DNA from: Tubulanus polymorphus
Lineage: Eukaryota > Animalia > Nemertea
Reading direction: 5' to 3'
Assembly: GCF_964204645.1 (NCBI RefSeq)
Contig: NC_134034.1
Location: 1,984,072-2,048,071 of the forward strand
DNA length: 64,000 bases
In this document: piece by piece, positions 48,891-61,966 of the stretch
Position numbering within the stretch: position 1 is the first letter of the stretch
Layout of the letters: each line of letters starts with the position of its first letter
The notes under the pieces: model-generated
The model's input: only the letters and a program-made list of their open reading frames with translations
Database searches by the model: none
Told to the model about the DNA's origin: nothing
Translations under genes and position numbers: made by a program

Positions 48891-49750
48891 ACGTTAGAAA
48901 TCGGTATTTTTTTAAATTTAAACGAGGTATGTAATTAGTAACAGCTGATCTGGGGTCCAGTTGCACCGTCAACATCAAGTCCAAATGTGGTCTAGAATAT
49001 TATGACTTGTCTAAAATGATACTGAATTAAGATTGTCTTGGACTGATCTATATATAAGCTGACTGTCAAAGTTAACCCCCCCCCTCCCCCGACGAAAACG
49101 GATTTTTTCGAATGGTCACACTAAACATAGAACTGAGGACTATGCACTAAATAAGTTCCGGAAAGGATGGCTGCCTCTCTAAGTCCACTATGACGTCTTC
49201 AAAATGCCAACCATTATTACGATAGGTTATGATCTCCAGATAATTTGATGATGTTATAGGGAGGTTTTTGTAGGCAGTCGTCTTTTCTAGAAAGGACGTA
49301 ATGATCAAATTAGGTTTTCTTGAAGGGTCTATAGATCAAATCACTACTTATTCTCAGGTAATCTGGCGATATCAATCGATGATGTCATAGGGGGATTTTC
49401 GGTACAAAATTAATTTTCCTTAAAGGCGTGAGTTAATTATTTGTTTGAATGCAATCTCGGGAAATTTTGGTTCAGAACTATTTTCTATGAAGGTCTAATG
49501 GATTTGATTACTCAGCCGATGTCATAGAGGCTTAATCGCGCAGTTAATCCGCGAGGTTACTACTTTAAGTATGAGTTCAATAACGATCAGGTAAAATAAT
49601 GTATGATTCAAGACAAAAAACAATCATGTATTTTTATTCTGGATGAGAATGTAAGTTGTATGTTGGAGTAATCATTCAATGAATTACCCCTCCTCCACGG
49701 TTGTAGCGTTTTCTACTCATGTTTTCTAAATGCATGTAAATTAAATTTCT

Positions 49751-49951
49751 AAAGTCCAGTTTAATGAGAGAGAAAATCCTCCATTTTGTCAAATTTCTTG
49801 GATTTGAACATTGTTACCATGCCTACGCCACCCTGATTTAGTTGTTGAGACCCCACAAGAAAAATAACTTCATTTCGTAGGCATGGTGACAATGTAAAAA
49901 TTCAAGAAATTTCACAAAATGGAGGATTTTCTCTCTCATTCAATTGGACTT
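49751..49951. mobile_element. Foldback MITE; a related larger hairpin element lies at 60121-60409
   Basis: The left arm aagtccagtttaatgagagagaaaatcctccattttgtcaaatttcttg...catgcctacg pairs with the right arm. Confidence 0.7.
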
Positions 49952-50125
49952 AAGGAGTCTTTTTGCCAATCCATCTAATTGGTACAGAACTGGAAATATA
50001 TCGGATATTCAGTTGTTGTCCGCGACTTTTGGCATTCTGTTAAGACATAAATGAGGTATGTATCCCAAAAAGTAAGCAAAATATCCCAGAAAAACAGGTC
50101 TCATCAATTAATAAATAGACATTAG
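49896..50125 (+). repeat. Direct repeat copy 1 (~230 bp) flanking the GRL101-like gene
   Basis: Near-identical to 58426-58655. Confidence 0.9.
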
Positions 50126-50350
50126 ATGAATAAATATATAACATTCCTTTACAACGATCTTGTTTTCTTCGTTGTTCAGTCTTACATAGTCTTACCAAAC
50201 ATGTGTGACGTGTTTTTTTTTTAACCCAAGCTGCAGTACTTTACTTCGTGAGTCCGACGCCATTAGCCAATAAGTGATTTGCATGAACGGTTCATAGATT
50301 TCAACTAAAACGTGGGATACGTTGTAGTACGGTTTCGAATAAAGACGCGC

Positions 50351-53300
50351 TCAACGATTAACGCACTGTTTCAGTTTAGCGACGACATCCATGGAGGAGA
50401 AGGTGTACAAGACCGGGTTGACCGCCGAATTTATCGGTAAGATTATAATAGCGATCGTGGCCGACCACAAATTGGGTATAGCCACCCCTGTTATAGCGGC
50501 TATACTGAGACTTATGACAGGAGCCCAACAGGCCACGTGGACCAGAAATATGGGCATTAGTCTTCGGGCGGTTAGTAGTTCAGTATGACAACTGCGCCCG
50601 GATTCGATACGCGAGCGTCTGACCTGCAGATACAGCGCCGCGTAGGCGACAAGAATCAACAACAAACCGAAACCGTTCAAGCAGACGAACACGCCAAACG
50701 AGAATCCCCAGGTCTGGACGTTCTGCGCGCGCAACGTCAACGGCAAGCAGACGCCGTTCTGACCGTAGACGTTCGCGAGCCCGAGCGTCAACGGAATCGT
50801 GGCTACAAGGATAAACATCGCCCAAACCGCGCCCGAGATCGCCACCGATATTCGTCTGGAGCGGATTTGTTTTCCGGTCCAGATGGTCACGGCGCGTTCA
50901 ATGGCGATTATCAAAACGAAAGCGAGAGAACATTCGGAGGAGATCAAAACTAGGAACCCGCAGAACGTACAAAGACTGCTGTTCTCCCAGGTTTGCGCGT
51001 ACGCGTTAAAGACACCGAGATAGTAGTAGTCACTAGCGGCTATGATGAGTAAATAAGCGCCCATGATGGTGTCCGAGATGGCGAGGTTCACCGTGAAAAC
51101 GACCGTGGCCGTGAATTTGACATTTTTATCCGTAATACGCCAGCCGATGACGAAAGCGTTGCCGAATAGGGCAAAGAAGCCGGTGATCCACACCGCGATT
51201 CGGAGAATATCGGAGGCGATCAGCTCGTCGCATGAGGAGAATTCGTCCGGGGCTGGGGTGCAGGTCTTAACGCTCGGGGCCAGGCAACAAAGACGATAGG
51301 AATCAGTGAACAGGCTGTCGAGATTCGGAGTCCGACTGAAACTGGTCTGCGAGATCTCCGCGATTCCGTTCGAACGAAGGTCCAACCGACCAATCAGCGG
51401 CAAGTCGTCGAAAACGGCCGTTTGGACGGTTGAAATACCGTTACCGCTTAAATTCAAATTCAGCAACGCGTTCAAACCCCTGAAAACCCCGGTTTTAAGA
51501 GTTCTGATCGATAAGGCGCTCAGGTCCAAACGCGTCATACGCGCTAGCCCGACAAAAGTGCCCGGTTCGATGCTCGAAATTGGATTACCTCGTAAAAGAA
51601 GGTAGCGCAGATTTTTCAGACTGGCGAACACTCCGCGCGTTAACCTGGACAATGCGTTATTCCGCAGGTCCAACTCGTAAAGGTTGACCAACTTGTCCAG
51701 TACCGCGGGCGCAAGCTCGGTGATATTGTTAGCAGATAAATCAAGTCGGCCTAGTAACAGAAATCGGGTGAAGTCGAATCGTTCCGGCACGCTGATACCG
51801 CATCCACTCAACAACAGTGCTCTGATCGAGCCGGGTAGTTTAAACGGGATCGCGTCCGTCCCAATCGAGCCCACACCCGAACAATCCACGCCGTAACCAA
51901 TACACCGACAACCGTTCGGGCACTTTCCAACCATATCGCAGAACAACTCATCATCCCCGGTTACGGGGCAGTGGAATTTCCCGTCGCATAGATCCGCCGT
52001 CTGCGCGACCGTGGCTGAGCTGCGCCTGCACCGCAGACGACCGGCCGATTCGTAAACTTCATCGCAGTTTATTTCGTCGAAACCGCCGTCGCAGTCCCAA
52101 ACACCGTTACAGACTTTATACCCCGGTACGCAATACGACCGTGGGCACTTTAACGTCCCGACCGGGCAGACGAACTTCTCGCAGTTGTGCAAATGTTCCA
52201 TTCTGGTGCAGACGGTTTTGTTGAATTCGTCAAGTTCGTAAATGCACCTGTGTTTGAGCGAGTAACAATGGGCAGATGAGTCAGAGCAGCGATAACTACG
52301 ACCGGGATCTGCCTTACAGACGGCGTGCCCGGTTCCACCGCGTTCGGGCGTTTCATCTTGAACGGCCCCGGGGCAATCATCTACGTCATCGTTGACTAAC
52401 TCATTACTGATACACGCCCCGCTGTAGCACTGAAAACCCCGACATTCACTAGTACAGCTCACCTCGTCAGACCCGTCCAGACAATCTGGACGTCCGTCGC
52501 ACCATAGATGGCGCTGTAAGCATTGTCCGTTCGCGCAGACGGTTTGGTGATTTTTGCAGCTCGGGTAAACGCAGGCGGACTCGTCGCTGCCATCCGCGCA
52601 GTCGGAAACAAAGTCGCAATAAGAAGAAATCGATATACAATTTCCATCTTTACGACATTTGAAGTGATTTTGGCCGCAGGTGCAGTTGTGTTCGTCCTCG
52701 CCTGCCGCAGACCGACAATCATTCGTACCATCGCATACACGATGACCGTGCAGACATGAACCGTCATTACACCGGAACTGCCCTGACAAACAGGTCCGCG
52801 ATTCCGGGGCGTCGATACGACAAAGTACCCCACCCCAGTTATGAATGGCTGAGTCGTAGTCGCAAGCGCTAGACTGGACCCCGACTGTGTGGCGATCTAC
52901 TCGGTAACAATGGCCCGGTTTTGAACCGAAAACAACGCGTGATACAGCTGCGAATTGGACCGTACGCCGTATGAATTCGGCTACACTTTCGGCCGAAGTC
53001 GGCGTCGGAACTGTGACCAGGACGCCACCTCGCGGCCGACAGATGTCACCAGCGGCAAGTAGGTTCTGGCGATATTTCGCCGGGCGACAAACGCACGTGC
53101 AAATATTACCGAAGACCGCGCACGCGCGTGGGCACTTCGGAACTAATCGGATACGTTCGGGCCGTGTTCGTAAGGTCGATCGAAGCTCGCAGAAAAATAG
53201 GCTGCGGTATTTCAGTTGACAGGGAAATCGGGCCCAGTTAGCTTTCCCGTAAGGGCTGCTAAACAGCATGATCGTGCACAACATGTTCGGGTCTGGTAAT

Positions 53301-56300
53301 GGCTGCTTGCGGTTCAATGGTACGAACATCTGGATCGTATTGTGTATGGTAGAATCATTCTGGCTTCTGGAATACCATTCGGTGAAAGTCATCGGGCTGC
53401 CGTCTGACCAGTGATACCGTCGAGTCTGTGTAAAAAGTAGAATACAAAATACAAATGAGAAATAAACACTTTAAATCAATATAGCCGCAAAACAGCGATA
53501 ACGGGTTTTCTGCACAGCCGCGTTATGCTAACGAAAAATGAGAAGAGAAGAATGAATATAGCCGCAAAGCAGCGATAACGGGTTTTCAGCCTAGCAGCAT
53601 CATTAACGTGCAAATCTTTGGAAATTAGAAATAGAAAATATAGCCGCAAAGCAACGATAACGGGTTTTCTGCCTAGCAGCATCATTAATATGCAAATCTT
53701 TGGAAATTATGAAATAGAAAATATAGCCGCAAAGCAGCGATAACTGGTTTTCAGCCTAGCAGCATCATTGATATAAAACCTTTGGGACAACACTATCGGT
53801 TTGCTATATACTTTGATAAGAATGCCGACGAGCAATGACCAAATATTATATAAAGACATTAATTTTTGCCATTGACTATACACAACACTGACTATACACA
53901 ACACTCAGGCTATAATCCAAGCTTATTTCATTTTGAACTCTGTGTAGACATTTCAATTGTACAATTGCCCAGACTTCATTCTATATTGGCTAATATCATA
54001 TGGATGGTGCCAGACAGCAGATACCCGCATTTGTATTTATCCAAACCCCTTGAAAAAAGGCCCAGTATCAAAAACTCAAACTTACTGTAACATTGTAAAC
54101 CAGTCCGATATAAATGGCGACAGGAACACGACTATAGACCTCATTCAACCATCTAAATCTTATAATCCGTTTCAAACGCTCGGATTCCGTGTTCGAGTCG
54201 ATACCGATCAGGTGTCCTCCGTACCCCAGACAAACTTCTTCGGCCTCGAACCACGATATCGGTTCCTGTCGTCTTACGACCAGTCGTATACACGAATCGT
54301 CTCCGAAAGCTACGAATTCGCCTGTACATCCGTCGTTTTTAACCGTCGAATTCGACTGGTAAACTTCGGTCAGCGTCCGGTAGCGGATCCGCAGTTCGTC
54401 CGCGTATAAAACCGCCAGGAATGACACTTTCACGGATACGGACGTCGCCACGGCGTGTCTGACCGTCCCCGATCTCCAGCTACCGCAGAACCTATGCACG
54501 AACCGATCGTCGTTAGCGACGCCAGCGCCACCTAGTCCATCGGTCATTTCGACTTTAATTCGCTGATCGCATTCAACGTGGAAAAGTTCGAAAACCAATA
54601 GAAAGTGGTCGTGGGTATTTTTAGTCGAGGGGGTATTCCCGTGAAGTTGGTAAGTGATGCAGGTCGCTAGCAACCGGTCATTTCGACCAACGGGCCAGGC
54701 GTTGACGCTGACTATCAATCCGCAGCCTAAACCGTCTGATATTTTCGGAATCGCAGTTCCGATTGAACTTTTGCATTTCTGAAAGAACAATTCGCTTGCT
54801 TACAATATGATTTCCGTAGAATAGTGATTTTCTGAGGGATGTTCTTTTTCGTCGTCGGCTCCCAGATAGAAAATCATGATTTACTGCTTATAATTGATTC
54901 GATTTAATTTTTTGAAAATAATGAAGAAAAATAGATAACACATTCATCGTCTTGTCTTCCAAACTTACAAGGAAGACCCGCAATAGAGCAAAAGTAGTTT
55001 TTTTAGAAATTCATTTTCTTAGTCAAGAATTTTACTTTCAAATTTTCGATCATACGGAAAACGTTCTTATTCTAAAGGTTTTGAATTCATTGAGAAAATA
55101 ACGAAATTTTCCCTGGATCTAAAATGTCTACTGTCTGTTTAATTTACCTGAACTTTAGCGCACGGTGCAACGATTTTGACGAGCCAACCACCTCGCTGAA
55201 ACATACATCCGGCGGGCAGTTCGAAATACCAAATATGGGCACGAGCAACGGTTGATGACGTCGTCGTCGTCGTATTTACAAACGGACAGTAGAGGGCGTT
55301 GTAGTTTGTCTCGCAATCTACATACTGCGGAGTAAGATTCCTGCAGCCGATCATGGAACGGCTTCCGATGTCGTCCGTTATTCGATTCTGGTGCGTTTTC
55401 CTAATCGTTTCGATGTGGAAATCGTAGCGCCCGCGACCGCGCATGACAAGTTTCGTGTTCGGGTCGGCTCGTACCACGCGCCGGTCTTCTGGCAGACGAT
55501 CGAAATATTTCGGTTGTTGGATCACCAGGCAACCACGATGGGCTAGCGAATCGATATTTATGTCGTAACGGGAGGCCGGAAAAGACGGCAGAATCAGCCC
55601 GCGGCAAGTGGTTCTTTCCGCCTCCATCGCGAACATCACGTTCGGAAATCCATAACCGTAGAACAGGAAACTAAGCGTGTGATCCCCGGATGTGAAATCG
55701 AGCGCCGGCCAGCCAATCAGATCCGCGCTATGGCAGATCGGACCAATCAGACGCGAGCGCATCGTATCAACGCCATCTATGAGGTACATACCGGCCGCGT
55801 CACAAGGGGACACGTCGACGCGTTCGAAGTTTTTCGTGTACCTGAACGAATGCAAACGCAAAAACTCGCCTTCGTTCAACGGGACATAAAACCGGCAGAT
55901 TCCGACCGGGACCGCGAACGAGCAGTGGAACTGTACTGTGTTAGTGATTGTCACGTAAAACCTGTCTTGATATGCCGACCTACATCGGCAGTTGTCGTTG
56001 CCGCTCGAACGCGCTTCGGTTGTGAATTCTCCGGACAATATCTCCGACACAGCGCCACCTACGCTATCGTCTGCGGCCGTCAAGAATTCCCGTTTGGATA
56101 TTTTCAAAACGACCAACAATCGAAATCCAATTGTCGCGTAAGTTCCGCCATCGACCGAATCACCACCACCGTTTGATTCGTGACTCCGAAGCAGGTGCGT
56201 AGTAATATCGGTTTCGATTTCGTCAAAGAAGAAAGTAGCGCTGGATTTTTTCCCACCAATCGACGAGCGCCATTTAAATCTGATTACATAACGCGCATCA

Positions 56301-57878
56301 ACTTTGACCAGGAATCCGTAAATGAAGTCAACGTCGGTCTCGATATTGGGAACCTTCCGCGGAAATGATACCCGAGCAGCAGGCGGAGTACCGTTGTGCC
56401 ACCTATTGCCAGGAGGATGCAGAACACGTGTTTCCAGTCGGGAAATCATGCGCCATTTTTGTGTCAGTTGGCTGGTCACGTGAGCGTGCATGTATAGAAT
56501 ACTCGGTGGGCGACAGAGGGCGTTCACGGAGAAATGCAGTCGAATTTCGGCCGCTACGAAGTTGCGTTGTACGACCACACCCGACAGGCTGGCTAACAGG
56601 TGCCCGTCCGCGTCGGACACGTTCAGATACGCGTCGACACCGGGGCTGGCTACAGTCGGGCACAATCTCAGTTCAGAGATCGATACGTTCAGCGAATCAG
56701 ACGACATCGCGTTTACCGGGGAGAGAAGCAGACGAAATCTCAACCGAACAAACATATTCTCCGTACGGTTCAAGTGAACGCGGATGAAATTTGAGCCGAG
56801 TTCGATCTGGTCCCACAGCGAAATACCACCATCAACGCCATCTGGCGACTCATTATTTGACGAATTATCAGCACCAACTGCGCCCTCTGGCGACTCTTTC
56901 AGCGAATTGATTGCACCAGCTTGTGGCTCGGTTTTCATTGGAAAATAAGCACCTGCAGCGCCCCCTGATGACTCATTTATCAACGAATTATCAGCCCTAG
57001 GGATGCCATCTAGTAACCCGTTGCGTAGTGATTTACCAAAATCAGTAGCGCCCTCTGGCGACGCTTTAACGCGGTAAGTGACGGTCTGGTATTCGACGAT
57101 GATGTTGAAATAGCGCGTTCGCGACGATACTATGTAGATATCGCTACGCGTGAAGTATTCCGAGTCGGATTTCCAGACGCGAATATCGCTGTCGGGGTCC
57201 ATCCACGGTATAGGTGGCGCTCGACGCAGCCTGACTACGTTGTCAGCCGCAGATATATTACGGTTATTTCGGTAATACGCTACCGGGGCGTTTCCGGTGA
57301 AGAATTGAATCCAGGTCGCCTTGTCGGGTACCGCTTTTACCAACCAACAGCACGATTCGGTGTCGGGTTTCAGGGAAATGGAGCTATCCCGCCCTAAAAC
57401 TATCACCTTCCCGAGACAAGTGTCTTCAGTATCGAAAAGTTCGCCGGCCGCTCGAGAAACCGTAGCGACCGAGACAGCAATGGCGAGGAAGCATACGAGC
57501 TTTTGCCTAGAAATCGGAAAGGAAATAGTAGTATAAAAACGAAACTACTTTCTCGAAACAACCCTATTTCAGCTCAAATTACGAAGGGGGGGGGCGTACC
57601 GAAATCGGTTTGCGACAAAAGAAAGTTATAAACTTCAAATTGGGGGTTTTTCTCACTTTTAACGCAAGCACGTATTCAACAGTCGCCAGAAAGCCCTAAA
57701 TTAACCCGATTTCATATTGAATTATCTGCGTTCGATTTAACGCTGTTGATAACTATAGAGTCCGCCCATAGTGTTGCATTATATATACGTTAAACACAAA
57801 ACGACAAAAAAAAGATCTTTCGTTTCTTGTCAATACTACTTACCTGAGAGCAGTTTGAATTCTTTGCGTCGGTTTCAT
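50351..57878 (-). CDS. GRL101-like / LGR type C2 GPCR with CUB, C-type lectin, LDLa and LRR ectodomain (~2053 aa, 4 exons)
   Basis: Exons 57844-57878, 55148-57506, 54086-54778 and 50351-53425 are phase-compatible. Signal peptide MKPTQRIQTALRQKLVCFLAIAVSVATVSRA. CUB-like segment (FCGS...VSVKVSF...LRIRY), C-type lectin (WFEAEEVCLGYGGHL...YIGL...WSDGSPMTFTEW), multiple LDLa repeats (CDFVSDCADGSDE, CDGRPDCLDGSDE), LRRNT plus LRRs, hinge YRLCC...DEFSSCDEL, and a class A 7TM (GNAFV, NLAISD, IERA, CWAP, NPVLY). Confidence 0.9.
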
Positions 57879-58425
57879 TTCGCATTACTGGCAGACGATT
57901 TTCACGTGTTTGCACGCGGTCAGAACGTCTAGCGCAAGAATGGACGACGCAGACGTTATTTCAGGATTGTCGGTCGTCTGCTCGACGCAACCACACCTTA
58001 AACATTGCGTGTTCAATCAGTCACGATCTTGATCAGATACTTTTTTTCCAATTTCGTGAAGTATCTCTAATATCTTATTAGATTGAGAGAATTGGTTCGA
58101 TGTTCATCTAGAATGTGATCACCATCGCTTGCCAGGATTTGATTGCCTCCCGCCGCATCTTCACACGACAAGGGATTCGAACCCACTAAAGCCGTTCCCC
58201 GCTGGTGGAAGCGAGTTCGGGAGTGATACCGGACCCCTGGCAAGCGAGGATGGATTTATCCGCGCATACACGTAGAGGCAAAAGGTAGAAAGTTTCTAAT
58301 GTCCGATCGACAGTACCGGTAGCGCCGCTACAATAATAAGAACTAATGTTATTGACGATGTTTTGTTAAGTGGAAAGACGCCGAGTACATATATCCGATA
58401 GGTACGAATCCCCAATTTCTTCGGG

Positions 58426-58655
58426 AAAAAATCCAAGAAATTTGACAAAATGGAGGATTTCCCTCTCATTCAACTGGACTTAAGGAGTCTTTTTGCCAAT
58501 CCATCTAATTGGTACAGAACTGGAAATATATCGGATATTCAGTTGTTGTCCGCGACTTTTGGCATTCTGTTAAGACATAAATGAGGTATGTACCCCAAAA
58601 AGTAAGCAAAATATCCCAGAAAAACAGGTCTCATCAATTAATAAATAGACATTAG
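58426..58655 (+). repeat. Direct repeat copy 2 (~230 bp) flanking the GRL101-like gene
   Basis: Near-identical to 49896-50125. Confidence 0.9.
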
Positions 58656-61535
58656 TTCCAATTATCTCATGTAAGCATAACATTTATTTTGAAAATCTCA
58701 ACCATACATCAAAACATTAAAGCCTTCTATATCAAATGCAAACTTTTGCTAACATAAACAATAGACAAATGGCCATATCTCTATCATATTAATTATATCA
58801 CGAATGCTAAATATTGCGATATTAATTGAAATCGTTCAACCAACAAATGAATTTAGTTAACATAATATCATCACAAACCATTCATATCCTTGGCAAAGGA
58901 CTTATAGGCTTTTAGAATATCCAAACAGGAAAACTTTAGTCTCATTTCTATGCGAGTAGAAATACATTATCATTATAACATCCATATCTTTGCATTATAT
59001 ATAACATCCATATCTGTGCATTATATATATGTTTATAATGTCATATCTCTTAATAATAATCAATCCAATAATTAAATTAATAATACTAATTTATTTATAA
59101 ATGAATAATTGATAACTCTGCTATAATTGATTTACACATGAGGTAAAAAAATTATGACATAAAAACTCCTGTCAGAGTAATAGAAGTAACTGTCTAATAC
59201 ATGAAATGACACATTTTATACAATGAACTGAGCTCTGAATCTGATGAAAATATTCAATCTGAGATCTTACGAATGATGTTATTTTAGCCCTCTACTTCTG
59301 AAAACTGAATAGCGCGCTGTGAACTTCAACTACAAAACAAATTTGTTGAACAGCAGTGTATCGAAAAACTGTACGTACAGTGTACCGCGAACTGAACTAA
59401 GTCTTCTCACTTAAAAAATTATCGACTTGACAGATTAGTTCGATTTTCGACCGCGGCGGCGCTATACGACATTGGACATTAATGCGCAACCGTTAAACGG
59501 AGACTTTACGGTAGGTATAATCTCACTTTGTGTTTGTTTGTTTGTTTGTTGTTTTGTTTGTTTGTTTGGCTCTACTCGGTACTCCGCTGCTATGTGGTAT
59601 TTATTGATCTGCGCATGTATGAAAAGCGCGCGTAGTAGTTAAAATAGCCATTCAACTACTGACTGCCACGCCCACGGTTTGTCGCGGGCGCTGTGAAAAG
59701 CAGTGAATTTTATAGTCGGGCACTGAAATTGGGAAAGGGGAAGTGATACTTAGAAATTGTTCAATCTACGAAAATAAATTGTTTAACAAACTTTGTACAC
59801 TACAGTGTATGAAATAAGTGAAATCGCACACGTGCCTATTGAGTCAGTGGGGAAAACCCACCACCAATACCATGTATTCATGATGAATCATGCAGTTGTG
59901 TGATGGAGATCTACGAAAGAGAATTGCGGCCACATGAAAATTTTTATTCCATATTTCGACTTATTATGCCTTACATGCCTATCTACATGTACAAGAATGT
60001 ATTATGACTGCACAGTTCGATATTATGAATAAATAAAGCATCGATGTTTTAGCAAAAATAATATACATGTAAACGTTTAATCGAGCAGTTAAGTTGGAGT
60101 TTAAGTTAAGTTTCAACCTAGGTCAGTGGACCTAAAATATCGTTTTTTAATCCAATTTAAACTGCATTGAAGGATATCCAAAAACTCTGCATTGAGAGGG
60201 GTTCCTAGCTAGGAGAAAAGAGACTCCATGATTTGAAATTTTAACGTCTCCATGCCTACCAACTGAAGTTTGGTAGGCATGGAGACATATTGTTAAAATT
60301 TCAAATCAGAGTCACTTCTCTTCATTTAACCCCTTTCAATGAAGACTTTTTGGATATCCTTCAATACAGTTTCAAATGGATTAAAAAATGATGATTTAGG
60401 TCGACTGCCTGTCCTTTCTGGCCCTAATAAGACTTTTATCAGGTAGGCCTATGTACTACCAAAACTGACTGAGCTAGGTCACCCGGAATGCTCTCTTGTC
60501 ACGTTGAAATAGACATTAGTCTTGGAGCCTGACACATCGCAGGCAAATTCCCAAGCTACTCGATAATCTGAATAATAAAATCGTCTACGTTTATTGCTGA
60601 AAACTACTAGTAGCTTTTCTCATCCTTGCATAACTCAGGATTATCGTTGCTCCTGGAGCTTCCCCGAAAAACGATTGAGGACATTTGTTTTGTTAAAATA
60701 TGACCGATATAAAGCGTTACCTTCTGAAATTGATGGACCGGCTGTCGAGCGAGCTAATTCAGCCGACTTTATGAGTCAAAATTTGAGTTTCAAAGTCGAA
60801 ATTTCGCGATTGAGCATTGCGGGCGCATGAAATTTTCTTTTTTAAATTTCGACTTCATCTCGAAACTTTGCACCCATTCGACAAATTGTCCGGTTACTTA
60901 GAACGACGTTATCGTGCTCGATAAGGCAGTATCGTATTTCGGCATTAGCTTGAAGAGAGATCGGCGAAACTGATTTCGTTGTGCCTTAGTGTGAATTTTA
61001 CGACGACATGTGTTAAAAAGTCGCAATTTCGAGTTTAAAAATATTTTAAAAATTGTTCGCATGTGGCCACTAATGCTCTTCAGAGATCGTGTCAATGTAC
61101 AGATTTTGATAAAAACTTCTTGCAATCAAAAGGGACATCTTAGGCTTTTGATTACTTCGAGCGCGGATTCTCTGGAATTCTGCCAAAAACTTCATGCCGA
61201 AGATAGTTATGCGTTTCCATTCATAGTTTTAAAAAAATTCGACCTAATTATCCTGTACTAAGCCAGTTTTCTCCCATCATTTGAATTCAATCCAATAGAG
61301 TTTCACTCTGGTTCACTTGTTCTGCTTAATCTCTAGAGTACCAATGTTTAATGTTGATGCTGGATTAAACATACACTCATGTAAATTAAGGAAAGTCCAC
61401 ACATTAAGAACTTCGTTTCTTGTTGAACTATATGGCTTCAAATATTTATTTTCGAAAAGTGTTACAATGGCTGTGAAATTTGTGTATGCGCAGTTAAAAA
61501 ACATGAACTTGAGGGTTTACTCTGACAGTGCTTGT

Positions 61536-61905
61536 AGTGTCGTTCTACGCATCCTCCCTCTGCAGGGACTCGAACCTGATGGCATCGCTACACTCAGCCA
61601 CGGCACGAACCCCTGCATCAGTAGACCGGGTGCGCAGGTACATGCGCAGCTTTCCGAAAGAAAACTGGCGGCACCAATCAGATTGCTCGTTGTATAATCG
61701 TTGAGGCAAATTTCAAGGAAGAACTATAAACGGGAAAACCCGGTCTAAAATAAAACGGGATTTCTGATTGGCTCAAAATCACATCATCTGACCTGCGCAT
61801 GTATCTGCGCGCACGGTCGATTATGGCAGGGTTTCGTGCCGTGGCTATCTCGATGCCATCAGGTTGGTTCGAATCCCTGCCGGGGGAGGATGCGTTCTAC
61901 GACAC
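61536..61905. mobile_element. Foldback element with ~110-bp imperfect inverted arms upstream of the BAF-like coding exon
   Basis: The arm gtgtcgt..acgcatcctccc..gcagggactcgaacctgatggcatcg..agccacggcacgaa..catgcgcag pairs with 61794-61905. Confidence 0.7.
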
Positions 61906-61966
61906 ACCATCATTAGTAGCCCGACTTCTGATTCATGTGCAATAAATGTCTATGTAAAAATTTCAG

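Noticed and set aside
50391-57536. Numerous plus-strand and alternate-frame ORFs over the receptor gene
   Set aside because: They are antisense or off-frame shadows of GC-rich coding sequence with no independent signal.
60594-61697. Short ORFs upstream of the BAF-like gene
   Set aside because: No domain similarity; they overlap repeat or foldback sequence that is probably intronic or intergenic.
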